A stretch of DNA of 62,097 nt, the filler included, from Choristocarpus tenellus KU-1152 (lineage: Eukaryota; Protista; Phaeophyceae), in NCBI GenBank assembly GCA_964200185.2. It is 14 parts of 14 records of this genome, joined end to end, with 100 filler letters (N's around TTAATTAATTAA, not from the genome) between each part and the next. Parts side by side here need not be neighbours in the genome. Positions count along the whole stretch, not along the records: positions 24,661 to 27,178 come from CAXNAD020027145.1; positions 27,279 to 31,076 come from CAXNAD020017866.1; positions 31,177 to 39,259 come from CAXNAD020005177.1; 11 more parts are not named here. One strand, given 5' to 3'. The notes below the pieces were generated by a model, which was given only the letters and a program-made list of their open reading frames with translations, was not told the origin of the DNA and searched no databases. Below are positions 24,750 to 38,094 of the stretch, piece after piece. Position 1 is the stretch's first letter; the number at the start of each line of letters is the position of its first letter. The translations under genes were made by a program, and so were the position numbers.

Positions 24750-27178
24750 GTGCCAACGCTGTCGGGATTGATAGATGCCCTTGCGTTCGGGCTTGCCAAG
24801 GCTGGTGTGAATAGAGCGTTGGCTCACCGCGTGCGTTTGGCACGTGCCGGCCGGGCGGCCATGGCGGCGAGGGCGAAGCTCACGATGGCTGCGGTCTGGA
24901 CACGGGTACAGGAGAGGGCATCAGGTGGTGAGAAAGGCCAGACGAGAACTATGAGTGGTGAAGTGCCTGTTGTGGGTGATGACAGTGCTCCTGCTGCCGC
25001 TGCTGCTGCTGCTGTTGTCAAGACAGAGGTCTCCGCTTACACTGTAGTTGGCACTGTCTCGATTGTGGAGGCAGGAGCGTCGACGCAAGTACCCCCTCCG
25101 GCTCCGAGTGGTGTGGATGGAGGCGTGTCTGTTAAGGTTGAACAGTTAGCAGGTGAGGGGGATGTGGGCAAGGAGGGAGGTACTCCAGTTCCAGGTGGTG
25201 CTGTTGCTGGCGCTGGCCCTGGTGAGGTCACTGGGGTCAAATCCGTGACTGCTGGAGGGACTACCAAGGCCGGTGCAGCTACGGGGGGAGGGGAAGGGAA
25301 TGGAGGTACGGCGGGGCCTTTGGAAAGGGGAGGGGCTAAGGGTGTTGCTGGGCCGAAGGATGCGATGTTGATCGCAGTACCACCTCCCCCACGTTTGAAG
25401 GATCCTGCGAGGGAGCCATTGTTGCTGGTGGGGGACTTGTTTGCTGCCCCGGGGCCGGGGGAGGCAGAGGAAGCAGAGTTGAAATGGGAGAAGGAGCCAG
25501 GGGGGCAGGTCTCGGAGCAGAGGGGATTGGAGGTGAGCCAGAGGTGATATGATTGGGTGATGGGTGGACTTGAGGAATGGGGGGGGGGGGGGGGGGGGGG
25601 GGGAAGGAATGGGGGGGTTTTTTTTTTTTTTTTTTTTGGCTTGGGTTTTTTAGTGGAATCGATGGGGGGGAGTGATGGATGCCAAATATCTTGCCGTGTG
25701 TTTCCTTTGCTACCATTTTATTGAGTCGTGATTTGATCTTTTTTTTGAGTATTGTGTATATTATTATTTTTTGCAGCTTCCGAATGGTTTCTTGTCACTA
25801 GGTTTAGGTTATTGGTGAAATAGTGTAATAGTTGTGTCCCAAGAAGAACACAGGTACAGGAACAAATGGTGTATAAGGTGTGCTCTGTAAGGTGAAGACT
25901 AGGGAGGTGTTGTGGCTGTAGCATACCTTGATGTAACCCAGAGCTTAACAAGAGTAGACCGCCTTTGAAGACTGGGGTAAGGCAAGGGGCAAGGGCAGGC
26001 ACAGCGAGGTCCCCATGAATCACCATCTGTTGAAACCATCCAACAGATCGAGTAACTGCCTCTGCACAGATTATAAGATATTATATATGTGTATATGTGT
26101 ACATCATTTGTAGGACTTTTACGGAGAATCATTGGTTAGAAATGGGAAAATGTTGTTTGTGTGGGACACAACACGGTTGTACCCCCACATACCCCATCAC
26201 ACACTTGCCCCAGTAGCACCCATCTCAACAGAGTCTCCGGTTCTTGACACTCATTGGCAGGCTGCAGAGCATGAGGCGAGGCTGCTAGCTTGCGCAGTTC
26301 CGGTGCTCCGAATTCTACACCATTGCCTGTGTCTTCTGGCAGGTGCAGGGTTGCCACCCCCTTCTGGGTCCCTGGACCCTGTGGGACCGCTACTGGACCT
26401 CGAGGCGAGTACCGCCGTCGCAAGTCCTAAGTACTGAGTCCTAAGTACTGAACCTTGGAGAACCCTCCTCCTCGTGTTGAACTGTTTTGTCAAGAATTGG
26501 GGGTTGGTGGGAGGGAGTTGTGAATGCTGAGGCTTACAGGTGATGAGTCAGTTACTTCTTTTTTTTCCCTCGTATCTGTTTCAACAGATAGATACCCTTG
26601 CAGAATTTTGTGTGTTGTGTTTTTTTTGTCTCTTGTAGGTCCTGCTCTGTTATTGCTGCGATTTTTTGTTGAGTTTTGTTGTACCTTTATTTGTCTTTGT
26701 GGTTGCTGTGCCCTAGTTTGCTTTCGTGTGTTGCTGCTTAAAGATGCGATGTATTTGTATACATGGATATATTTGTGTGTGTGTGTGTGTGTGTGTGTGT
26801 GAACACTCCTTGTGTTCATGTGCATACACAGGTCTTCGTATGTAATGGTTAGTGCCTACCATTCCTGGCACGCTATTCTCAGTGTCCCTTGATCTTAAGG
26901 GTTAGGGTTTAGGGTATTTCACCCCCACCACTCCTGGAATGGGTTTTTGGAAAGTAGCCCTTTCTATTTCCAACACATTACCCTCTATTTTTTTCCTGCC
27001 TGGTCTCTGGCGCGGCACACACACACCCTTCCCACCTCCGTGTAACTCACTCTCTCAGGCAGCGTTAGCCCTCCTCCCATTAGATCCCCCCTCCAACACT
27101 CCTATACCACCTTCTGAGGGAGGTGTATCTTCCAGTACATCACCTGCTGTGACAGGGACTTCGGCACCATCCTCCACC
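24750..27178 (+). CDS. Multi-exon gene of unknown function, Gly/Ala/Pro-rich, incomplete at both ends
   Basis: Long GC-rich open frame to GAG|GTGAGC (25532); exon 26261-26404 (AAEHEARLLACAVPVLRILHHCLCLLAGAG...PLLDLE, probable GAG|GCGAGT donor); exon 27059 to contig end (AALALLPLDPP...). All phase 0. Confidence 0.6.
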
Positions 27179-28212
27179 NNNNNNNNNNNNNNNNNNNNNN
27201 NNNNNNNNNNNNNNNNNNNNNNTTAATTAATTAANNNNNNNNNNNNNNNNNNNNNNNNNNNNNNNNNNNNNNNNNNNNCAGATATCTTGACCAAGCCTTT
27301 AGCAGATATATCTTTTTGGAGGCATGCAGGGGCTTTGCTAATTTAGACTATGTTTAGTGTTTTGTTTCTTGCTGGATTTGAGTATGTTTGTTTGGATTTA
27401 TTTATTTTCAGTGAATTCAATAGCTGGTTGTTTTCTTGTCATACAGGATTGACCTGAGGAGTCTCCTAGGATCCATAATTGTTTTCTTGTAGGTTCTCAA
27501 GAGTTGTTTGAGCTAGGGAGGGTGTTCGATTAGACCCTTCCAACTCTATCGGACAGTTACGCGGACAGTTACAGAGTAACGGAACAATCAATTAGTGGTT
27601 TAGTTATCAGAACTTTTTACTAGTGATTAGTTGAATGATATTTTTTCTCATCATATAAAAGGACATATATCTGATTTTATCGGGCATTGCATGCCCCACC
27701 GAACTTTAATCAATCCCTGTACAGACACCAAGAAATCTCGCTCGGTTTATCACCTTTATCCTCTTTGATGATTTTGGGGATACTTTAACGCTTCACGTCT
27801 GTAACTGACGATTGCAGGTATACATATGGCGACTCGTGAGTTCCCAGAGGAATCCTCTCATACCTTTTCGGGAACCCACCGAGGACCTCCTGGTACTCAA
27901 TCTACTGCAGTGTCGCGTACGATGGTATTCTTAATAGATACACGTCTCCAGTACGTAGCAGCGATGCAAGACTCGAAACTCACTCCGTAATCCGCGAGAA
28001 GCCCAACCGTTTCGGACGCAGCAGAGTTGTCTTGGAGTTGCGCCATGGAGTCTGAAGCCCCAGCCATCCATGTCATTCCAACTATAGATATAAGACTTTC
28101 ATTCCCACCTTGATAATATTCGCCATGACACCGAACATTGTACTAGTCAAGTATCGACATATGCCCTGATATGTCACCCATGCAGAGTCCACTCGAGAAT
28201 ACTTGTCCACTT

Positions 28213-28460
28213 ACTCCTTGACACAGGTGCAGGTTTCATCTATTTTTGTGAAAATTGCTTACCACAGCTCAACATGGCAGGCAAATGTACCTTAAATGCA
28301 GCAAACCCCAGAGGATGCAATATTCTACCAGTGCTGGTACTGAGGTTATGCAAACTTCTAATAGCGTTTTCCCCAAAGGAAAAAGTGCGCAATATGACGT
28401 TTAGGATAATGGTGGGGCTGCCATACGAAAATATTTTTAATAGCAAAATTTTGTAGACAA
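28213..28460. repeat. Interspersed repeat, probable LTR segment; reverse-complement copy at ~48611-48856
   Basis: ACTCCTTGACACAGGTGCAGG...TTTTGTAGACAA is near-identical to the reverse complement of 48611-48856. Confidence 0.8.
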
Positions 28461-30445
28461 TTTAATGGAGATTGCATTGTGTGACCTTATGGACACCTTG
28501 AAGGGAACGTGGATAATATAATCACATTTGTGAGTAGAGTGATTGGAACTGGGGACCCATTCACGTTAGACCATGTCAGAGATACATATATTGTAAATTT
28601 TGAAGGTGTGTTTCAGAAAGAACAAATGTATACTTAGACTAGGCCAGAGGCAATCTGACTCTAATGGTATTCTGTGACCCTTGGGAAAGTTTTCCCAGGT
28701 TAAATAAGGATATTTGCTGACCTGTTTTGAGGCTAGTTGGAGTTATATATATTTATAATAAAGGTATATACTCTTTTCTCGTCAGACATATATTGATCTT
28801 GACTGTGCCTTATGACTTTTGAGTTGGAATCCATGGCTTAATTTGGAACTGGAGTCCCTATGTTGGAGAAAACTGGCAGAGTCTGAACTGAAGCCCCTAT
28901 GTTACCAAATGGCAGTTATGCATGCCACCGCAGCATGATCTAAGGTGATGGATATTTATTATCCAGAAAATGATTATTGCCTGTGGAAAGCATGGAACAG
29001 GTAGTCCCTGGATGGAACATAGGATAGCAGAAGTGGGAACCATGAAGTAACCCACATCAGATCAGGTAGCAATTTATGTAAGATTTTTTTTTTTTCATTT
29101 TATGTCTTTGTATATATATATTCTGTGTACATCAGGTAATCCCCTTTATTCCCCCTTTATTCCATGTTTTTTTCTTTCCTTTTTTATATTATTCTTTCGG
29201 GGTTTTTTTGCATTTTTTCTTTTAGCATTTTTTCCATATTTTATCTAACTCTTGCTTAATTTTTTTTTCTTCTTCCTTTCCTTTGCCCTTTTTATTATTT
29301 TATTATTTTTTCTCTCTTTTTCTTTTCGTTTTGTTAGAGGCCAATGTTGATATTATTGCCTGTTTTACGCACTAGCAGCCGTCAGTATGCTTCGTGCTGG
29401 GGGGCATGAGAGAGGTCATAATCAGATGATACTTGGTACTCTAGGGAAGCTGTACTTTAGAGAGAAATATATCCTCAGGTTAGGCTAGACGAAGACAAAT
29501 TCCCCCAAGTAAGGTAGGGATACATATTTAGGCCTAGTAGGAGTTAGGCATACCTTTTGCTCTTCCTTCTCCCTGTTACAGGATGATCTGAGGCGATTGA
29601 TGATGTCTATTGTCTTCACCAGTGACAATCACTTGTTATAAACGTTTTGATGTAGGATACATTCTTCTTTAATTTTATTTTTTCATCTTTTTTTTTTCAT
29701 TTTGTTATTCTGAAATCCCAGCTCAAAAAGAACAGGTATATTTAGATTAGGCACAAAGGACAGGTATATTCAGATTTTGCAGACACAATTTGAATAAGAG
29801 TACATCCTATGACCTTGTGGATAGACCCTTTTTAAAGAATTGTGGAGATGAATCACATTTATGATTAAGGTGATCGGAACTGGAGTCCCATTCATTCTAG
29901 GCCGTGTCAGAGATGTATGTTTTGCAACACTTGAAGATGTTTCAGAAAGAGCAAGTATATACTCAGACAGCCGAGATGCAAATTATATTCTGTGCATCTT
30001 GGGATAAATTATCCCAAGAAAAACATGGATATGTGTTGATTGATTCTAGACCTAGTTGAAGTTATATATTTTTAATAAAAATATTTACTCTGATTAGCTC
30101 AGATATTTATTTATTCTGACTGTGTCTTAAGACGTTTGAGGAAATATTCTCAAAAAAGGAACTGGGAGATATGTCAATCATTTGTTGGAAATATCTGGTT
30201 AATTTGGAACCGAGGTCCCTGCGTTGGATACAACTGGCAAGTTTGGACCTGGAGTCCCTCTTTTGTTTGATGGCAACCAACTCATGCTGCTACAGCGTGA
30301 TCTGAGGTGATAGATGATGTCTATTGTCTTAACCGGTGACAATCGCCTGTGGTAAGCGTGCGTGAAACATGTATACCTAGTTCATGCTGGGGGGCATGTT
30401 ACAGGCGAATAGTGCAAGTAATTCTTTCTGCGCTTTAACCGGCGT
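28455..30445 (+). mobile_element. Gypsy-family non-coding 3' region (modular), PPT and LTR start
   Basis: Homologous to the reverse complement of 45666-47260 and to 44930-45234. Ends CTAGTTCATGCTGGGGGGCA|TGTTACAGGCGAATAG (LTR start 30397). Internal module 28520-28950 is duplicated at ~29850-30310. Confidence 0.75.
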
Positions 30446-31584
30446 GAGCAGTATACGGGCGGGGGGAACCCCAAAAGGGGGAACTCCGATTTGCCCAAAA
30501 GTTGCAGAATAAAATCTGTAACTCGGGTAGTTGCAAAGGGTCCCAGGTGGAAAGATCGCAAAGGTTCTCAAATATATTCCAATGTTTGTAAAGCAGAGAA
30601 GCCCCAAAGGTAAATGATGATAAGAGATCCTAAAAACGGCTCTAAACGGCTCAGTTCTTCTGACCTAAAAGACCCACCTAGTCAGTTCTCTCTTAACTGA
30701 TACCATTTTTACACACTTTTCATGTCCTACTTGATTCACCTGAGAGTACTACTGTTCTGCTAAGCTGACATGTGTTGGTTTGTGACTTATACATCCTGTG
30801 GAGGTGAGCTTTGATGGGCGCCTGTATCACTACCCCACCCGTAGAAAAAATGACTTGGACTTTAGGTAAAGAAGCAGACCGGTAGGTGGGGCTACAGAAA
30901 AGGTGAAATGCTACTTTTTGCATTGGGCTAGACCCTTATGCAGCTTGGTAGTGGGGCACACACTCAGGGAACGTTTCCACTCCCAACCTCAAATGCTTGA
31001 GATCTAATACCCATACGAGTAAAGGTGTGGAATAAACCCGATTGTGAGCCCCTCACGTCCTGCCCACACAAGCTTANNNNNNNNNNNNNNNNNNNNNNNN
31101 NNNNNNNNNNNNNNNNNNNNTTAATTAATTAANNNNNNNNNNNNNNNNNNNNNNNNNNNNNNNNNNNNNNNNNNNNCACGGTATAACGGTATATGGCATA
31201 CGGCAATAACGGTATAATAACAGACAAACATGCTTTCCACAGTAGGTAGATTGGAGACGCAGGAAGGCCGTAGTACATATTGGTGAAGTAACAAATGGAT
31301 TAGAGTTTTCGCATTTATGACATTTATTTCTTTAGGGCTTATAGTGACAATGTCCATAGTTTTCATTAATTTCCCCCCAGACACATCTCCAAAATGTCAG
31401 AACGCATAATACAAAAAATAATATATTTTATACACACCTACACATCAACCACATCTATGTGTCTACCTTTCAGGTTCTTCGTTATATAGCAAACAATTCT
31501 CGATTCCCTGAGACCTGATTCCATGTTACATCATGCCGTGTTGATGGAGTTTTTTCGTTTTTGAGGACAGGTCCATCCAAGAAC

Positions 31585-33087
31585 ATGCAAGGGAGGGGGT
31601 CATTGCTGGTGGTGGGATTAATTCTGATTAGAGGGTTCGCCACTTCCGATATCGCCCCGAGTACGGACAGATCTCACGCGATGTCCGAGCTACCACGAGT
31701 GAACCTGACCAACCGTGGTTATCTGGAATCACTTCAAAAGATCAACAGCTTGTTTTGGGATTCAGATGAAGAAGAAATCATTGCGGTGCGTATCAGCATC
31801 CGCAAAACTGCTGCATCCTCATCAACCAATCCTGAAGAGGTGATGATGACATTCGAGGCTGTTGAGCGTGCAGCCTACGAAGCGTATGATTCGATCCAGG
31901 AAGAGATAGAGTGGTCTGCAGATCACTACGAATCCGAAGACCCTGCTGAAGCCCTGTGGTGCTTGTTCTTTCACATGATTGATGCCCGTGGTCAAGGGCG
32001 CATCTTCGGGTCGCGATATCACGGAGGCGGTCTGCAAGAGGGAGGGCTGCTGGAACTCGTGGAGAAGTTACACTCAGACTACATAGAAGGCCAAACGGTA
32101 GAAATACTTCTTAGTCAACTTGCCATAGCCGACGAAATGGGTGGAGATGGAGATACGGGCTTGATGCAAGCCTTGAACATGATTAATAAAGCAGGTGCAG
32201 GTGCAGAGGGAGAATGGGAGATCATTCAGTCCTTCCAATGCCCACCCTATCCCTTTCCTCCCTCCTATAGATTGGGGGGTTGGCCTATTAAGGACCTAAT
32301 GGTAGATGGGGTAATGATATCAGTGCTCAGGCAAGGGTGCCCCCAGTCAATTAAGGTATTAGGTGCGCCTGTCGACCTGACAGCCAAATTTTTAGTGGCA
32401 GGGCGACTGCAGGTGGAATACCTAAAGCTGGAGATGCGAGAGTTTGAGTACATGGTGGTTGGTGGGTTTCTTGACAAGTGGATCTATAACATTGGTGGAG
32501 ATAGAATGAGGGCAGGGGATGCTGGGGATTATTATGGGTGGTTGGCAAGAGTGGCAGGGGAGGCCTTTGCAAGATGGTGTGAGGAATTTATGCGAGGGAT
32601 GGGGGTTGAGGAGGATGGGATGGTAAAGTGGATTTGGAATCATCTTGGGTCCGAGGCTGGTGGGAGGTTTGCAGCTTTTGGGGTCAGTGGGGTGCAGAGA
32701 GGTGTTCGAGGGCTGGGATACAGTGGGTATGAGGAGGCAGGCGGAGAGGAAACTGGAACTGTGAGTGTGAAGGAGATATTCAATCTCCGCAGGGGGCAAT
32801 CTGAGACTTTTAAGGTTGCATTGGCACGAAGGTTGGGTAACAGTGAGGCTGAAGAGGTGAGTGACGAGAATGTATTGGAGGATGTGGTTGATGTGAGTGT
32901 CAGTGTAGCACTTCTGCGCAAGGTTGGACGCATGGGGTACACTAATAATGTCTTGCAAGGTGTGCCAACAGTTGGGGGTCAGCAGTTTGTTGTGCAGAGG
33001 GGTGGTAAATGGATTTGTGTTGCTGCAGATGAAACTGGGGCCGAACTGTTGTGGGGCAGGTTGGATGATGACATAGTGGTTGGCTGA
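31585..33087 (+). CDS. Intronless 500-aa hypothetical protein with N-terminal signal-peptide-like segment
   Basis: Uninterrupted ORF from ATG 31585 (MQGRGSLLVVGLILIRGFATS) to TGA 33087. Acidic/Gly-rich; no motif recognised. Confidence 0.75.
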   Translation: MQGRGSLLVVGLILIRGFATSDIAPSTDRSHAMSELPRVNLTNRGYLESLQKINSLFWDSDEEEIIAVRISIRKTAASSSTNPEEVMMTFEAVERAAYEAYDSIQEEIEWSADHYESEDPAEALWCLFFHMIDARGQGRIFGSRYHGGGLQEGGLLELVEKLHSDYIEGQTVEILLSQLAIADEMGGDGDTGLMQALNMINKAGAGAEGEWEIIQSFQCPPYPFPPSYRLGGWPIKDLMVDGVMISVLRQGCPQSIKVLGAPVDLTAKFLVAGRLQVEYLKLEMREFEYMVVGGFLDKWIYNIGGDRMRAGDAGDYYGWLARVAGEAFARWCEEFMRGMGVEEDGMVKWIWNHLGSEAGGRFAAFGVSGVQRGVRGLGYSGYEEAGGEETGTVSVKEIFNLRRGQSETFKVALARRLGNSEAEEVSDENVLEDVVDVSVSVALLRKVGRMGYTNNVLQGVPTVGGQQFVVQRGGKWICVAADETGAELLWGRLDDDIVVG

Positions 33088-35039
33088 TAGTTCTGCAGTG
33101 CCACCAACTTGTGGCATTGGATGTTGGACTGAACCCTAGGATAAACTTTAAGCTCGTATTATTTTTGTAGAGTGGATGCTATTTTCTTGAGAATAGAGTG
33201 TTGTAGGCTAGATGAATGGCAAAGGGGTTTACCAAACCTCAACTGAGTAGATGTTTTCATAATTGAGCATTGCAAAATAGATGAGAGGATTTATAACCTT
33301 GTACCCATAGGAACGAGTAGATGTTTTTGTCTTCATGATTGGATTTTTGTGAAAAGCTGGTTACCAGGTTGTTTTTATTATAGGGGCTATCTGAGCAAGT
33401 TCAGTTGAGAGATGGGTTTGACGAAGGTCATATTATTGATCCTTTGCTTAGTTCTAGCTCAAATTTATTGGGAACTAAGAACCTCATTACACAAAACTTG
33501 CCACTTGCACTCCTCCATTGCAATTGCAAACTTGCTGGTGTCTCTAGGAGGATATGGATGCGCTTGTTTTCCTTTTTTTCTTTTTATTATACTCCCATTT
33601 TGTGTAAGAGTGAAAGGAGACCCCATTGGACCTTGGGCCTGATTTTTTTTTTCTGGGAACCAGACCTTGGTACTGGTGCCAGTACTTTCTGGAATTGATG
33701 GTTCCACCTTTTGGTTGAACCCTTTTTTTGCCATGTTTGAGTTTCTCACATTTTTTTTTATTTCTTCCATTGTTTAGTTCTTGTGGTACCTTTGACCACG
33801 AGCTTGAACAAAATTGAGCTAATGTGAGATGATACAACACAAGATGTGATATTGCCTTTGTGATGAGGGAAATGGGTCCGTGAGCCTACTGAGCAAGCCT
33901 AATTGGGCCGTTTTTCACGATAATGCAGTGGGCCTGGCACTACCTACACCTCACATATATTTTACAAGCATACATGGAGCATCATGTACTATGCCCACGT
34001 CGTAGTAGCTCCCGCCAAGAAAGGAGAAAATAGATAAAAAAAAATTGAAGGGGATTAGTTCTCTTGGCTACACATGAAACTTGTAGAACCCTGCAAGGGG
34101 AGTAAGATAGGTGGGAAGCAAGTGGGGGTTTTACTGTCGCAGTGTTTGATATTATGGCTAGGTGAGGTGGAAGGGTTTCCTGCTCATGGAGGAAAAGACA
34201 AGTGCGCTTGATTGAAAAGTGATTAATTGTCTCATTGCTGACTTGTATCACTAAGCCAACCAACCTCCATGGGTAGGTGACAGGAATCCAGCTGGTTTAG
34301 GTGGGGTTCCCCTTACACTTGCAGGTGGCACGGGTTGGACTGGTAGTAGAGGGGCATAGGGAGATCGGGTTGTCTCTTTTTTGCTAACGTTGTTGCTGTA
34401 AGGCGTGAGGCATCCCGGTTTTTGAACTTAGCAAGGAAGTTTAATTATCTTTTCCAGTATAGAATTTGGGTGTAGTTGCTCACTGGTAGTTACTGCACAC
34501 TAAAGCAAACTCCTGGGTGTTGAGAATGTTTTTGGTTGGCAGTGTTTTTGCTGAGGTCTGTGGGGTTGTGGGATAAAGAATATCATGAAGACGACCTTAA
34601 CATTTAATAGCAGTAATGCTCTCAACGGTACAAAGAGGCTCCACGTCCACGAACTCTAATTGTTTGGAATACGCACACTATGTATTCAGTGTCAGGCAAT
34701 GGACGACGGGAAGGAGTGGCCATTGTGTTCACTTTTCAATATACTCAACGCTAAGCGCTGAAACCCGATACTCTATTTCCTATCTTGTCAGTTTGGCACG
34801 TGTTCACTGTGTTTATGAATTTTTGAGCTATTTGGATGGGTCCCTCTTGAACCTCTTCCAGTCCAGTAGCTTTGTACTTTTGCCATGGTATCCTAGTGGG
34901 GGGTGCCATTGAGATTAAGAAGCCTTTGTAACTGCATTCTGGTGCCTGCTACCAATCCGGATAATGATTTTTGCGCTTGTGTGGACGAACATTCATCTCC
35001 TCTTCTATAGCAATACCTCCATGATGGGGGCTAGCTTAT

Positions 35040-36180
35040 GTTATGAAGATGCATTTGATGGTGTCGTGGGCACGCTGAGGAAATTTTTGTATGATACTGT
35101 GTTCAGGCTTTGAAGAACTGAATATCTTGTTGGTGGAGTTGCTGATGGAGCTAGGGTTGGAACAATATGAGGCATGTCCTTGCATATTTGGGATGATGAG
35201 AAGTGAGAATATGGTGTTGGGATTGCCAATTCATGTGGACAAGAGATGAAGGACCAAAGCCTGCAATTGAGGTGGTAAAGGGACTGAAAGAAAAAAACCC
35301 TAGTAGTATTTCTTGGTGAGGCAGATTCTTTTATGGGATGCCCCAGGGATCAGAGGCGTTGAACAGTCTCCTTAGACCAAGAGATGTATGTGGAGAGGTT
35401 GGTGGCATGGCATGGAGTGACGGATGTGTTCAATGTGGCTTGCTACAACGAGATCGATAGAGGATGAGCCTATAGGGGTTGGACATAGGTCAATGGTTCG
35501 TGGATGGATGTGGGCATCTATCATGGCGCACCCAGATATCATATCTGTGGTGTGGGCATTGGCAATACATTGTTTGAATCCCACGCTTTTGGACTGGGCA
35601 GGGGAAGGAAGAGAGATTAGGGTTTAGATGCGTCCGAGTGACAGAATATTGACATTTGAATATTTTGACAGAAGATTGACATTTGAATATTTTTCTCACT
35701 ACGACACTCCACCAATGCGTCATCTGATTAGTTGGGCAGATGCTAATTCTGCCAAATGTGTCACCACTGGGTTTTCAGTGTCTGGTGGTGTAGTAATGTA
35801 TGGGGGGAGGGGGGGTTAGTGTGGTCTAGGGTGCAGAAGACAGTTACATTGTTGGCCACTGAAGTGGAGTGTGTTCCCCGTGTGAGTTGGCAAAGAAGGT
35901 AATTACGTGCTTTGAGCAAATCCAGTAACTTCTATAGCCTGATATTGAGGAACAAGGTGTAACTTTGGTGGAGGATGGATGATGGAGCACTCAAATTAGC
36001 ACAAGGGGCAACATCTGACGTTAGGATCAAACATTAGATGCAAAATATCACTATATATGAGACAGTTGGAAAAGGAGGGGAAAGCTAGAACTAAATTTCA
36101 TGTGAAGACGAGAGACCAACATGGGAATTTGTTCATCGATGCACTGAGAAAACCTCAGTTGCATTTCCATGGCAGGAGGG
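35040..36180 (+). pseudogene. Decayed Ty1/Copia reverse transcriptase-RNase H
   Basis: Fragments in the expected order: LG..Q...CPCIF...LPIHVD (YVDD region), LGEADSFMG, DQEMYVERL, WMWASIMAHPDI (TRPDI), WADANSA...SVSGGVV...VQKTVTLLATEVEC, KH.DAKYHYI, HVKTRDQH. Many stops and frameshifts. Confidence 0.85.
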
Positions 36181-37160
36181 ACAATCATGGGCTTGGAATG
36201 AGACCTTGTATATCGTCAGTCATTAGGGTTTTTGGTGTGATCTGAGTGCTGAGTTGATTGAGTTGCTCATCCCAGCTCGTATTCAGAGTAGTAGAAAAAT
36301 TGTATCCCCCAAAAGAAAGAAAATTGTTGAGACTATGAGGCTAAGTCAAAGATTCCCATCACCAAGATATTGGGGGAATCGAGAGATTGGTGTGGCTTTA
36401 TTATGATGTACAACCAATATACACAAATACCGATGGTGGTATACGTTCAACAATCCATACTGTCACTGGTTTCTTTCACAATTGTACTGTTCTGGCAACG
36501 TTGACAATTTTATACTCTGAAGTAGCATTTGGTATCCAGCATGATACTCTGTATCTTACTCTGCTGAATTTATGGCTCACCACCTGCCACTTCCTCTATG
36601 ATGATGAGTTCCCACCTCATCATCCATATATGTGTATATGTATGTATGTTTTAGAGAGGTGTTGTAGGATTGACGATAGTTGTTGCATTTGCAATAGTAG
36701 CCTTTGTTACATATTTTTGTTTTGAACATCACACATCTTCAAAATGTTAGAGAGCACACAATAATGTAAGGTGTAATGTATATATATATATAGAGAGAGA
36801 TATCCCTACCTGTCTGCGTGCTGAGTGTTGAAGCACGTGAAGCTCTCTTATTCTCATTTCATAAGAACTGACGTGAAGATGTTTGCAGCAAGGTGGTTGG
36901 CTAATACATACGTAGATGCATGGCGAATGATGACTGGGATCCAAGGAGTCCTTATCCACTTCAGCAACAGGAGCAACTGATGTGGTTCATTGTGGGATGA
37001 TGATGTACGTGATTTTATGATGCAGCGATAGATATTTGGGAACCCCTAGAGTTTCTTGGAACGCCAAGCCCTAAAATGTTTTGCTCCAAGAAGGGGTCGC
37101 TCCAAGGACTGGCCAGGCAAATGAAGAAAACTAGCATGTTGTATACTGTAAGTTAATATT

Positions 37161-37419
37161 GAGTGAAAGTATCTTAGAGGGTACGACTTTTGCCCTGTTT
37201 GTCCATTTGGGGCTTGGCTTCCCATAGGGGGTTTAATGACATTTTTCTACTCCAAAGTGTTTCGGAATAGGTAAAATGTATACGTTATGAGAAGGTGTGT
37301 CCGGAACAAGGATATTGACACTTCCTATCAAATAAGATAGACAAAATTACATCAAAATCGCAACATTGGATTTTGGTCCCCAAATGGACACGGCCCTACC
37401 CTCTAAGATACTTTGGCTC
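37161..37419. mobile_element. MITE family A, full copy (259 bp)
   Basis: GAGTGAAAGTATCTTAGAGGGTA ... TACCCTCTAAGATACTTTGGCTC, flanked by ATT/ATT. Confidence 0.92.
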
Positions 37420-37840
37420 ATTATTTGAGCCTTAAATCAAGTTGAGTCTACCACGAGGAGCAAACAACTAGCGACAGCCAACTTAACGATAACAAACAAG
37501 ACAAAAAGGTAGTGGGAAAATAAATGAGGTTTTGTTTGCTATAGGAATTGGACATTACTGCTTTATTTATTGCTATTAGTATTTATAGTACCAAATTGTA
37601 CTACTCAGACACTATTGTTACAAATATGGCTAGCTACCACGCCAAGTAGGATTAGAGAGGATGAACTGACCCTTCTCTAGGACCGACTCTTCCGTAATGG
37701 TTTGGCTGGTCTTCTGCCCTCTTAGAAGTTAATCTTGTCTCTTTCCACCTAGTGTTCTGTCCTGGTTGCAGTAGGTTAGAATACCCCCGCTAATCCAGTG
37801 CCTTTGAAATCTTTTCTGTTTCTTCTATGTTCAGTCGAAG

Positions 37841-38090
37841 TAGTCAAAGTATCTTAGAGGGTAGAGCCGTGTCCGTTTGGGGGCCAAAATCCAATGTTGC
37901 GATTTTGAGTTAGTTTTGACCATCGTGTTTGTTAGGAAGTGTCAGTATCCTTGTTCTGGACACACCTTTTTCATAACATACATATTTTACCTACTCCGAA
38001 ACTAGGAAAATGTCATAAAAAACCCATGAGAAGCCAAGGCCCAAATGGACAAACTGGGCAAAAGTCGTACCCTCTAAGATACTTTCACTC
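37841..38090. mobile_element. MITE family A, full copy (opposite orientation)
   Basis: TAGTCAAAGTATCTTAGAGGGTA ... TACCCTCTAAGATACTTTCACTC. No clear TSD. Confidence 0.9.
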
Positions 38091-38094
38091 TTCC

